Shown here one piece after another: positions 6,430 through 13,555 of a DNA stretch of 13,555 bases. Origin of the DNA: Patescibacteria group bacterium (GTDB taxonomy: Bacteria; Patescibacteriota; Minisyncoccia; UBA6257; GWB1-50-10). The position numbers and the translations under genes were made by a program. Under the pieces are notes generated by a model. It saw only the letters and a program-made list of their open reading frames with translations, searched no databases and was not told the DNA's origin. Within the stretch, counting starts at the first letter, position 1; every line of letters starts with the position of its first letter. Location of the stretch: positions 1 to 13,555 of the forward strand of contig JBBTQX010000001.1 in the NCBI GenBank assembly GCA_038065455.1, given 5' to 3'.

Positions 6430-7128
6430 CCATCCCAATTTTTCTTTCACATAGACCAAAGCGTTCTCGGCCGCGCGGTACTCGCCCTCCTGTTTGGAGT
6501 TTCCCCGGCCCTTCTCGATCATCTCCTCGCCGAAAAACACCCCGACCAAAAATTCTTTCTGGTGATCCGGCCCGTGTTCTTCAAGCACCCGGTAGCTCGG
6601 CGTGAGTTTCATTTTTTCCTGGACGATTTCCTGAAGCGCGCTCTTCGAATCCCGTTCCAACCCCTTTTCCATCACCTCTGGCAGTTTCGTAAGCACGATT
6701 TTATGGATGAGTTTTTTGACGGCCTCGTAACCCTTGTCAAGATATATCGCGCCTAAAAGCGATTCGATCGCGTTCGCGAGAATGACGTCCCGCGCCCGGC
6801 CGGTATCTTTCGCCTCGCCCCGGGAAAGCATAATGAACTTTTGGAGCGAAATATCTTTCGCAATTTTGGACAGGATGATATGGTTCACGAGCGCTGCTCT
6901 CAAACTCGTCATTTTCCCCTCCTGAAACTCGGGGTATTTCGCATAGAGGTATTCCGTCACCACCAATTCCAAAACCGCGTCTCCTAAATACTCCAGCCGT
7001 TCGTTATTCGGCACGGGCCAATTGGGATGCTCGTTCACATAGGAACGGTGTGTCAGCGCCTCCTTCAGAATATCCTTGTTTTTGAATTCAATGCCGATTA
7101 TTTCTTCGAGTTTTTCGGGGTTTGTCAC
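6406..7128 (-). CDS. rnc: ribonuclease III (240 aa)
   Basis: ALTHRSY, NERLEYLGDAVLEL signature, and C-terminal dsRBD (DSKSALQE...GPDH). Start placed at GTG 7128. Confidence 0.96.
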   Translation of the reverse strand: MTNPEKLEEIIGIEFKNKDILKEALTHRSYVNEHPNWPVPNNERLEYLGDAVLELVVTEYLYAKYPEFQEGKMTSLRAALVNHIILSKIAKDISLQKFIMLSRGEAKDTGRARDVILANAIESLLGAIYLDKGYEAVKKLIHKIVLTKLPEVMEKGLERDSKSALQEIVQEKMKLTPSYRVLEEHGPDHQKEFLVGVFFGEEMIEKGRGNSKQEGEYRAAENALVYVKEKLGWIPLETGK

Positions 7129-7181
7129 GGTAGCAATTAATGATTTAAAATCATGATAGCCGAAAAAACGCCAAATCTCAA
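7122..7181. promoter_or_regulatory. overlapping divergent promoters for rnc and gatB with a central 7-1-7 palindrome
   Basis: Minus: TTGAGA (7176-7181)-17-TATCAT (7153-7158). Plus: TTGTCA (7122-7127)-18-TAAAAT (7146-7151). Palindrome ATGATTT-A-AAATCAT at 7140-7154. Confidence 0.5.
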
Positions 7182-8596
7182 TGTACATACCAACAATAGG
7201 ATTAGAGATACACGCTGAACTGAAGACTAAGACAAAGATGTTCTGCGCCTGCAATAACGACGGCGACGAGCGGCGGCCGAATATCAATGTCTGCCCCATC
7301 TGTCTGGGCCATCCGGGCACTCTCCCAACCATCAATAAACGGGCGGTCGAGAATGTCATAAAAGTGGGGCTGGCTTTGAACGGTAGAATCACCGACAAAT
7401 CCAACTTCGACCGTAAGAGCTACTTCTATCCCGATCTCCCAAAGGGTTACCAAATATCCCAATATGACCACCCGCTCGTGGAGGGCGGGCTTTTAAACGG
7501 CGTCCGGTTAACGAGAATTCATCTGGAAGAAGACGCCGGCCGCCTAAATCACGCGGAGGACGGTTCCACGCTTGTGGATTTCAACCGCGCGGGCGTGCCC
7601 CTAATGGAACTCGTAACCGAGCCGGATATTAAAAACGCCGATGAAGCGGCGACCTTCGCCCAGGAACTCCAGCTCATCTTGCGCTATCTCGGCGCTTCGG
7701 ATGCCGATATGGAAAAAGGCCAGATGCGAATCGAGGCGAATATATCCATCGCGCCCAAAGACGCGAAAGAATACGGAACGAAGGTGGAGGTAAAAAACAT
7801 CAACTCATTCAAGGCGGTTCACGACGCAATCGAATATGAATTGAAGCGCCAGGAAGAAATATTGGCCGAAGGTAAAAAAGTTATCCAAGAAACCCGCGGG
7901 TGGAATGACGTGAAAAAAATCACCGAAAGTCAGCGCTCGAAAGAAGAAGCGAATGATTACCGCTACTTCCCCGAACCCGATCTGCCGCCGCTCGACATCA
8001 AGACCGCTTTCGATTTGGAAAAGCTCAAAGACGAGATTCCCGAACTGCCGGAAGCGAAACGCCGCCGCTTCGGCGAGGAGTTCGGTTTAGACATGAAACT
8101 GGTGGAGATAATCATTACAAAAAAATCCTGGGCTGATTATTTCGAACAATCCGTTTCGGAACTAAAATCGAAAATCGCGGAAGGCGATATCCAGCTTCTC
8201 GCCAATTACTTCACGAGCGATTTGAAGAGTTTGGTGAAAAACGCGGAACCGGCTGGTATAAAAATAACGCCGGAGCATTTTGCGCATTTAATATCGCTTA
8301 TTCAGCAAGATAAAATATCGAGCCGCATCGCGAAAAATCTGCTTTTAAAAATGTTCGAGGCCGGCGAGGACCCTGAAGCACTAATAGAAAGCGGCGGCAT
8401 GGAACTTGTGAGTGACGAAAGCGAAATAGGAAAAGTGATCGACGATGTGCTCGCCGTAAACGAAAAATCCATAACAGACTTCAAAAAAGGTAAACTGAAC
8501 GCCCTTCAATTCCTTCTGGGCCAAGTGATGGCCAAAACCAAAGGCAAGGCCGACCCGAATATCGCGAAGAGAATACTGGAGGAAAAACTCAAATAA
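7181..8596 (+). CDS. gatB: Asp-tRNA(Asn)/Glu-tRNA(Gln) amidotransferase subunit B
   Basis: IGLEIHAEL, CPICLGHPGTLP, FDRKSYFYPDLPKGYQISQY, HLEEDAG, DFNRAGVPLMELVTEP and YRYFPEPDLPP motifs. Confidence 0.99.
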   Translation: MYIPTIGLEIHAELKTKTKMFCACNNDGDERRPNINVCPICLGHPGTLPTINKRAVENVIKVGLALNGRITDKSNFDRKSYFYPDLPKGYQISQYDHPLVEGGLLNGVRLTRIHLEEDAGRLNHAEDGSTLVDFNRAGVPLMELVTEPDIKNADEAATFAQELQLILRYLGASDADMEKGQMRIEANISIAPKDAKEYGTKVEVKNINSFKAVHDAIEYELKRQEEILAEGKKVIQETRGWNDVKKITESQRSKEEANDYRYFPEPDLPPLDIKTAFDLEKLKDEIPELPEAKRRRFGEEFGLDMKLVEIIITKKSWADYFEQSVSELKSKIAEGDIQLLANYFTSDLKSLVKNAEPAGIKITPEHFAHLISLIQQDKISSRIAKNLLLKMFEAGEDPEALIESGGMELVSDESEIGKVIDDVLAVNEKSITDFKKGKLNALQFLLGQVMAKTKGKADPNIAKRILEEKLK

Positions 8597-8993
8597 GCGT
8601 ATCCAGCGCCTGATTTACCAGCCTATCCGCTTCGCGGTTCTTCTCGCGCGGAATATGGGCAAAAGACACGGACTTGAAGTCCTGTTTCAGGTTCCAAACG
8701 TCTATAAAGAGCGGCTTCAGGCTGTCTTCTTTTACTTTATATTCGCCATTCAATTGACTCACGATAAGCTCGGAATCCGCCCGCACCTCAATCTCGGCCT
8801 CCGTCGCCTTCTTCCCGCCCAAAAGTGACTTGGCTTTTTTTAGGCCAAAGATCACTGCCTTATACTCGGCGATATTATTCGTAGTATTCCCTATCGCCTC
8901 GCCGTAACCCTTTTCGCCGACCACCACTCCTATTGCCGCCGGCCCGGGGTTTCCTCTAGCGCCGCCGTCTGTATATATAATCAATTTTTTCAT
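8589..8993 (-). CDS. rnhA: ribonuclease HI family protein (134 aa)
   Basis: IYTDGGARGNPGPAAIG, TNNIAEY, DSELIVSQLNGEYKVK, HIPREKNREADRLVN (D-E-D-D acidic set). Start at ATG 8993. Confidence 0.92.
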   Translation of the reverse strand: MKKLIIYTDGGARGNPGPAAIGVVVGEKGYGEAIGNTTNNIAEYKAVIFGLKKAKSLLGGKKATEAEIEVRADSELIVSQLNGEYKVKEDSLKPLFIDVWNLKQDFKSVSFAHIPREKNREADRLVNQALDTLI

Positions 8994-9828
8994 TCTTTTT
9001 TTTGATGGGTTTCCACGGGAATTTTCCCGTCGCCTTAAACCTGAAACCGGACGCCTTTTTATGTCCTCCGCCACCGTATTTTTGCGCTAATTTCGAAACG
9101 TCCACCTTACCGTTGGATCTCAAAGAAACATTTATAAAGCTTTTTCTTTGCCGCCAGATAATGCCGATCGGCGGAAGTTTTTTCGAAAGTCTATGACCTA
9201 TTTCCGATTCCAAAATGGCCGAATTCGCCGCAAGCGTCCTGTAGCCTTCGAAGCGTACGAGCGCGGCCCGCTCCACAGCGGAAGCGGCGATTTTCTGCTC
9301 GTAGGCAAAAATATTCTTCGCCTGCTCGAATATTTTTTTTCGTTCTTTCTTGTTCTCGAGCCGGGCGGCAAACTTGCTCCAATCCTTGAAATCAAACTTC
9401 AGGAGAAAAATCACCGAACTTAATTCTTTCGCATATGGAAGACGAAAGCGCCATAGGTCGTTATCCTCAAGATATTTGAGGAAAAGCGGGGTTTTCTTTC
9501 CAGGATGGAAATATCCCCAGGCAATCGTCGCTCCGGAATTGTCGTTATCAAAGACGTTCTGCGGGAATTTTTCCATGTCTTCCTTCCGGCTCTTGTGATG
9601 ATCCAATGAAACAATGCTTTTATTTTGTTTCATCAGCCTGCGAAAAACCGGTGCCTTAAAACTCATATCCAGCGTATAGACGATTTTGTTCTTCAATGGC
9701 TTTTCCGGCAGAGTTTCGGGGTTTACGGGAATGTATTCCGCCTTGTTCCCGAATTTTTTCCACGCTGCCCAAGCCGCCCCGAAGCCATCGGGACAATTAG
9801 CGTGATACAAAATAACGATTGATTTCAT
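8956..9828 (-). CDS. DHH/DHHA1 family phosphoesterase (nanoRNase-like)
   Basis: YHANCPDGFGAAW, LDHH, SGA, SLRS and GGGGHKKASGF motifs. Confidence 0.92.
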   Translation of the reverse strand: MKSIVILYHANCPDGFGAAWAAWKKFGNKAEYIPVNPETLPEKPLKNKIVYTLDMSFKAPVFRRLMKQNKSIVSLDHHKSRKEDMEKFPQNVFDNDNSGATIAWGYFHPGKKTPLFLKYLEDNDLWRFRLPYAKELSSVIFLLKFDFKDWSKFAARLENKKERKKIFEQAKNIFAYEQKIAASAVERAALVRFEGYRTLAANSAILESEIGHRLSKKLPPIGIIWRQRKSFINVSLRSNGKVDVSKLAQKYGGGGHKKASGFRFKATGKFPWKPIKKKNEKIDYIYRRRR

Positions 9829-9829
9829 A

Positions 9830-10834
9830 TTATTTTAACGCTTCAATCCCCGGTAATTTCTTGCCGTTCAAATACTCCAACATTGCGCCGCCGCCAGTCG
9901 AAATAAACAAGTTTCTAGGAATTATGAATTTTGAATTATGAATTAAGGATAGCGACGCGGTGGTTTCGCCGCCGCCAATTATTATCTTGGCTTTTCGGTT
10001 GGATAAAACGGCTTTCCAAATTCCAATCGTCCCTTTTTCAAAACCTTTTTTTTCGAATAGCCCCGGCGGGCCGTTCCAGATTATCGTTCCCGCTTTGCTT
10101 AGCAAATCGGTATAAGAATTGACCGTAAAAGGACCGATATCCCAGATAAATTTGCCGTTCTTCCTAGCATCGTCGGGCCAGATGAATTTCGGTTGTTTCA
10201 GAATGCCAGATTCATTGAATGCATTCGAACCCAAAAGCACGCTGTCCGCCTTCCTCACCAGCTTTTTCAGCTTCAATATTTTTTCTTTGAGCTTCGCTCC
10301 ACCCAAGACAACCACAAAAGGATGGGTGCTATCGTCAACTATAGCACCTAGATTTTTCATCTCTTTTTCCAAAAGCAAACCGCCATATGACGGCAGATAT
10401 TTCGTAATGGCGCAAATTGAGGCATCCTTGCGGTGCGAAACGGCGAAGGCATCGTTCACATAGAAATCTCCGAGCGATGCCAGCTGTCTGGCCAATTTAT
10501 CATCATTTCTTTCCTCTCCCGGCAAAAATCGCATATTCTCCAGAAGCACAACATCCGCCGGCCGACAGAAATCCACCCGATGCGATATTTTTTTGGCGAT
10601 TATCGGCGCAAAAAGTCGGAGCGACAATTTTCTATCGGAGCTCTTGGGACGACCGCAATGGCTCAAAATAATCACTTTCACTTTGTTTTTCAAAAGCAGC
10701 TTAATAGTGGGAATCACCGCCTCCAATTTATAAGAATTTAAAGGATTTCTCGAATCCGTATTTAAATCAATCCGTAAAAGGCAGGTTTTGCCAGCATATT
10801 TCTTTGCCACGGAATCGGAAAGAAACTTTATCAT
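9830..10834 (-). CDS. pgk: phosphoglycerate kinase (short, 334 aa)
   Basis: LRIDLN, SHCGRP, LLENMRF, YVNDAFAVSHR, GGAK, DIGP, WNGPPGLFE, GGGET and STGGGAMLEYL motifs. Confidence 0.96.
   Translation of the reverse strand: MIKFLSDSVAKKYAGKTCLLRIDLNTDSRNPLNSYKLEAVIPTIKLLLKNKVKVIILSHCGRPKSSDRKLSLRLFAPIIAKKISHRVDFCRPADVVLLENMRFLPGEERNDDKLARQLASLGDFYVNDAFAVSHRKDASICAITKYLPSYGGLLLEKEMKNLGAIVDDSTHPFVVVLGGAKLKEKILKLKKLVRKADSVLLGSNAFNESGILKQPKFIWPDDARKNGKFIWDIGPFTVNSYTDLLSKAGTIIWNGPPGLFEKKGFEKGTIGIWKAVLSNRKAKIIIGGGETTASLSLIHNSKFIIPRNLFISTGGGAMLEYLNGKKLPGIEALK
9919..9946. repeat. four tandem heptamers within pgk
   Basis: GAATTAT GAATTTT GAATTAT GAATTAA, encoding LIHNSKFII. Confidence 0.7.
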
Positions 10835-10841
10835 CTAAATC

Positions 10842-10847
10842 ATTATA
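10842..10847 (-). promoter_or_regulatory. -10 box giving a probable leaderless pgk transcript
   Basis: TATAAT exactly 7 nt upstream of the ATG; no SD. Confidence 0.6.
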
Positions 10848-10872
10848 GACGAAATACATCACTAGGAAAATG

Positions 10873-10897
10873 AAAAATCCCATGCTATTTGCATGGG
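10873..10897 (-). terminator. intrinsic terminator after the 58-aa ORF
   Basis: CCCATGC-AAATA-GCATGGG followed by ATTTTTCATTTT. Confidence 0.65.
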
Positions 10898-10915
10898 CTT
10901 ACTCATTATTGAGTA

Positions 10916-11092
10916 TTATTTCTGAAGTGGCACATTATAAATAAGATAATGTGCAGCTTCGCGGAATGCTTCCTTAATTCTTTTAGATTCTTCTTCAGTT
11001 ACCGGACCGCGCGTAGATTTTTCAACCATTTTCTGTTGTTTTACCTTGATTTCATTCAAGGTTTTATCAAAACCGCTGTTTAGAATATTCAT
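10916..11092 (-). CDS. small hypothetical protein, 58 aa (absent from the ORF track)
   Basis: MNILNSGFDKTLNEIKVKQQKMVEKSTRGPVTEEESKRIKEAFREAAHYLIYNVPLQK*. SD AGGAGG (11098-11103), promoter TTGACT (11173-11178)-17-TATGCT (11150-11155), downstream terminator. Confidence 0.75.
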   Translation of the reverse strand: MNILNSGFDKTLNEIKVKQQKMVEKSTRGPVTEEESKRIKEAFREAAHYLIYNVPLQK

Positions 11093-11182
11093 AACAACCT
11101 CCTATAAATTTATTAGGTGAATAAATTGTTTCTTAATTTATTTATTAGAAGCATAATACTAAATTGTCAATAAGTCAATAGA

Positions 11183-11365
11183 GCAATTCCGGTGTGCCGG
11201 AAAAAGTGGATAAAAGCTCCGCTTTTTATCTACATCGCTCGGACAAAACAAAAACATTGTTTTTGCTTTACTCCTCGCTCGTCGATATAAGACTTGGGGT
11301 GGGATAATCACCGCGGGGCGGTGATTATCCGGAGACGCACACTTTTTTGGCATGCCGGAGATTGC
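11183..11365. repeat. long-hairpin intergenic element, expanded copy with nested hairpins
   Basis: Outer arms 11183-11208 / 11340-11365. Inner hairpins at 11206-11233, 11249-11265 and a perfect 13-bp stem at 11302-11330. Shares motifs with 3992-4073. Confidence 0.85.
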
Positions 11366-11497
11366 CACAAGAACAACCCTTGAGTTCCGTATTTTCCCTA
11401 GGCGGATGACGATAAGCGAGGATGATTTTAGCGAATGAAGGCCTGCAAATAAGGGGGATATTGGTTGGTTTGGTATAAATCAACTAAAATACAACCA

Positions 11498-12805
11498 ATG
11501 GCAAAAAACATTGTCGTTTTGGGCGCCGGGTTCGGCGGACTCCAAGCCGCGCTCACGCTTGATAAATTATTCAACTCCGACGCCCGTTGGGGTCGGAGCC
11601 CCGACCGAAAGCGTCGGGGGAAACACGACCTCTGGGAAAAATATTCCGTAGTGCTGGTGGACAAGAATCCCTTCCATACCTTCACTCCCCTTTTGTACGA
11701 AATTGCCACGACCTCGCCAGAAACCGCGAGCAATTTAAAGCTTCAGGAGCTGGTGTCGTTTCCTATTAACTCGCTGATTTCCTATCGGCACATTACCTTC
11801 ATTAACGACGAGTTGGCCGGAGTGGATATGGATAAAAAGCGCGTTAGATTATCCCGTTCGGAAATAGATTTCGAATACCTTATAGTCGCGCTTGGCGCGG
11901 AGGTCAATTATTTCAATATTCCGGGATTGGCCGAGAATTCCCTCCAGATGAAGAGCTTCGGCGATGCGATAAAAATCCGCGATAAAATAACGGAGGTTTT
12001 CAGAAATTCAAAGCAAAATGTTCGGATAGTAATCGGCGGGGGCGGCGCGACCGGCGTGGAGCTTGCGAGCGAAATAAAAGGCTGGATTCCGGAACTCCGC
12101 AAGGAATGCGGAAGTAAGTGCGATACTGAAATAACGATAGTGGAATCCAATCCGAGTGTGCTCTACAGTCTCGACAAGCGAGTTTCGGAAAAAGCTTCGC
12201 GAAGGCTCCAAAAAATCGGAGTATCGATCGTTACGAACGCAAAACTTTCTAAGATGGATGAAAAAGGTGTGTATTTTACGAATGGCGATAAACGCGACTG
12301 CGATATCGTAATCTGGACCGGCGGCGTAAAAGCAAACGAGCTTACCAATAATATGCCTTTTAAAACAGAGGCGCGCGGCCGAATTGAAGCGGACCAAAAC
12401 ACCAACTTGGGAACAAACCAGGAAAATATCTTTGCCATCGGAGATGCAGCCGTAATCTATCATCCTCACACCAATCAGCCGACACCCTGGACGGCTCGAC
12501 CGGCAATAATGGAGGGCCGAATTGCGGCCAATAATATTTTTCAAAAAATTCTAGCGGTGGAAGGAATCGCGAAAGAGCCAAAACAATATTGTTATCGGCA
12601 CCGCCAATATCCCTATATTATCCCCATCGGCGGCAAGTATGCCGTCGCGAAAATCGGCCCGTTCGTAATCTCTGGCATCTTCGGCTGGGCATTTAAAGGC
12701 ATCACCGAATTGAACTACTTTCTCTCCATAATGCCACCGCTTCAAGCACTCAAAATCTGGCTGAAAGGATTTTTGATATTCATCAAAAACGACCGGCTGG
12801 GATAA
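11498..12805 (+). CDS. FAD-dependent pyridine nucleotide oxidoreductase, NDH-2-like
   Basis: IVVLGAGFGG, FTPLLYE, YLIVALG, GGGGATGVELA, IWTGGV and IFAIGD motifs. Start at ATG 11498, 7 nt after TAAAAT (11485-11490). Confidence 0.9.
   Translation: MAKNIVVLGAGFGGLQAALTLDKLFNSDARWGRSPDRKRRGKHDLWEKYSVVLVDKNPFHTFTPLLYEIATTSPETASNLKLQELVSFPINSLISYRHITFINDELAGVDMDKKRVRLSRSEIDFEYLIVALGAEVNYFNIPGLAENSLQMKSFGDAIKIRDKITEVFRNSKQNVRIVIGGGGATGVELASEIKGWIPELRKECGSKCDTEITIVESNPSVLYSLDKRVSEKASRRLQKIGVSIVTNAKLSKMDEKGVYFTNGDKRDCDIVIWTGGVKANELTNNMPFKTEARGRIEADQNTNLGTNQENIFAIGDAAVIYHPHTNQPTPWTARPAIMEGRIAANNIFQKILAVEGIAKEPKQYCYRHRQYPYIIPIGGKYAVAKIGPFVISGIFGWAFKGITELNYFLSIMPPLQALKIWLKGFLIFIKNDRLG
11575..11619. repeat. 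45-bp double-hairpin element in-frame in the NDH-2-like gene
   Basis: CTCCGAC..GTCGGAG (11575-11598) followed by CCCCGAC..GTCGGGG (11599-11619); encodes SDARWGRSPDRKRRG. Confidence 0.8.
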
Positions 12806-12819
12806 TTATTTCAGGATAT

Positions 12820-12860
12820 AAAAGGAAAAAACGCCACAAATATTGCGGCGTTTTTCTTTT
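12820..12860. terminator. bidirectional intrinsic terminator
   Basis: AAAAACGCC-A-CAA-ATA-TTG-C-GGCGTTTTT with A and T tracts on both sides, between convergent genes. Confidence 0.8.
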
Positions 12861-12876
12861 CAATTTAATCCCAACA

Positions 12877-13077
12877 TCACCTGTAACTGGTATGTATTGC
12901 CGGAACTTTCCCTCCATGAATTGTTCCATTAATATCAGTCATATAAAAATTCGAGGTTATCTTCGGTATTATGATACCCCCTAATTCATCTTCTTTATGA
13001 GACTGTTTAGTAGAAATATTATACTTCTCAGAAGATATTTTTAATTTGTTGCCAGCCAAAATAGTGGTTTTCGGCAT
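12877..13077 (-). CDS. small hypothetical protein, 66 aa
   Basis: SD GGAGG (13082-13086) before the ATG; possible extended -10 TGGTAGGAT (13144-13152); ends at the bidirectional terminator. Confidence 0.6.
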   Translation of the reverse strand: MPKTTILAGNKLKISSEKYNISTKQSHKEDELGGIIIPKITSNFYMTDINGTIHGGKVPAIHTSYR

Positions 13078-13208
13078 AAATCCTCCATTATTAGTATGAT
13101 TTGGTTTGAAATTGGGTTAATTATGTGAAGAAAACTGAACATTATCCTACCACAATCAACTAAAAAACAAAAGTGCCGGCTTTCTCGCATCGAATTATTA
13201 GCAATGAA

Positions 13209-13324
13209 TTCCCGGCGAAATCTACTTTCCCCAAGATAAACTCAAGTATCATCGATATCTAGCGCTTTTACTTCTCTGTTCGGAATGGGAAGAGGTAGGC
13301 CACACTAGATCTGATCACCAGGAA
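13209..13324 (-). rRNA. rrf: 5S rRNA
   Basis: TTCCTGGTG...CCCATTCCGAAC...GAAAGTAG...CGCCGGGAA; paired termini; about 116 nt, downstream of 23S. Confidence 0.95.
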
Positions 13325-13391
13325 ATCACTAATAACAATTCGGCACAAATCAGCTTTTTGAGATAGAAATTAAGGTGTTTCACAAAGAAAT

Positions 13392-13555
<164 letters not shown>

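Noticed and set aside
7129-7404. 92-aa N-terminal extension of RNase III in the ORF track
   Set aside because: It is antisense to gatB; RNase III similarity begins near GTG 7128, which has its own upstream promoter.
8994-9074. Longer RNase H start, or a DHH-RNase H fusion by frameshifting
   Set aside because: The extension overlaps the conserved DHHA1 motif. A fusion needs a +1 shift, while the slippery motif favours -1, which hits TGA.
11159-11368. 69-aa minus-strand ORF
   Set aside because: It coincides with the hairpin element and has no SD or protein-like features.
11367-11460. Unexplained spacer upstream of the NDH-2-like gene
   Set aside because: I found no convincing ORF, hairpin or known riboswitch motif.
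209-13077. Alternative genetic code (UGA read as Gly or Trp)
   Set aside because: All conserved genes translate full-length under code 11 with no internal TGA.

Overview
Core-genome window from a reduced bacterial genome, most likely Patescibacteria/CPR (Parcubacteria-like). This is inferred from the short EF-Ts, hinge-less SMC, missing rimM and near-leaderless genes. It runs from a tRNA-Tyr(GTA) to the 5S rRNA and the 3' end of the 23S rRNA. Minus strand: tRNA-Tyr, a small membrane protein, tsf, rpsB, trmD, khpA, rpsP, a DUF5678-like protein, smc, rnc, RNase HI, a DHH phosphoesterase, pgk, two small orphan ORFs, and 5S/23S rRNA. Plus strand: gatB and an NDH-2-like flavoprotein. The most unusual signal is a set of short palindromic and periodic repeats. 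Three hairpin elements sit in-frame inside trmD, smc and the NDH-2-like gene. The trmD element has a 55/56-identical intergenic twin nested in a heptamer inverted array. Two copies of a modular long-hairpin element share the motifs AAAAAGTGG / TAAGACTTGG / CCGGAG(A)CGCACACTTTTT. A MITE-like segment lies between rnc and smc, and a 22-bp-stem structured leader precedes khpA. No CRISPR array, transposase or intron is visible. All calls come from reading the sequence by eye; no searches or folding calculations were run.
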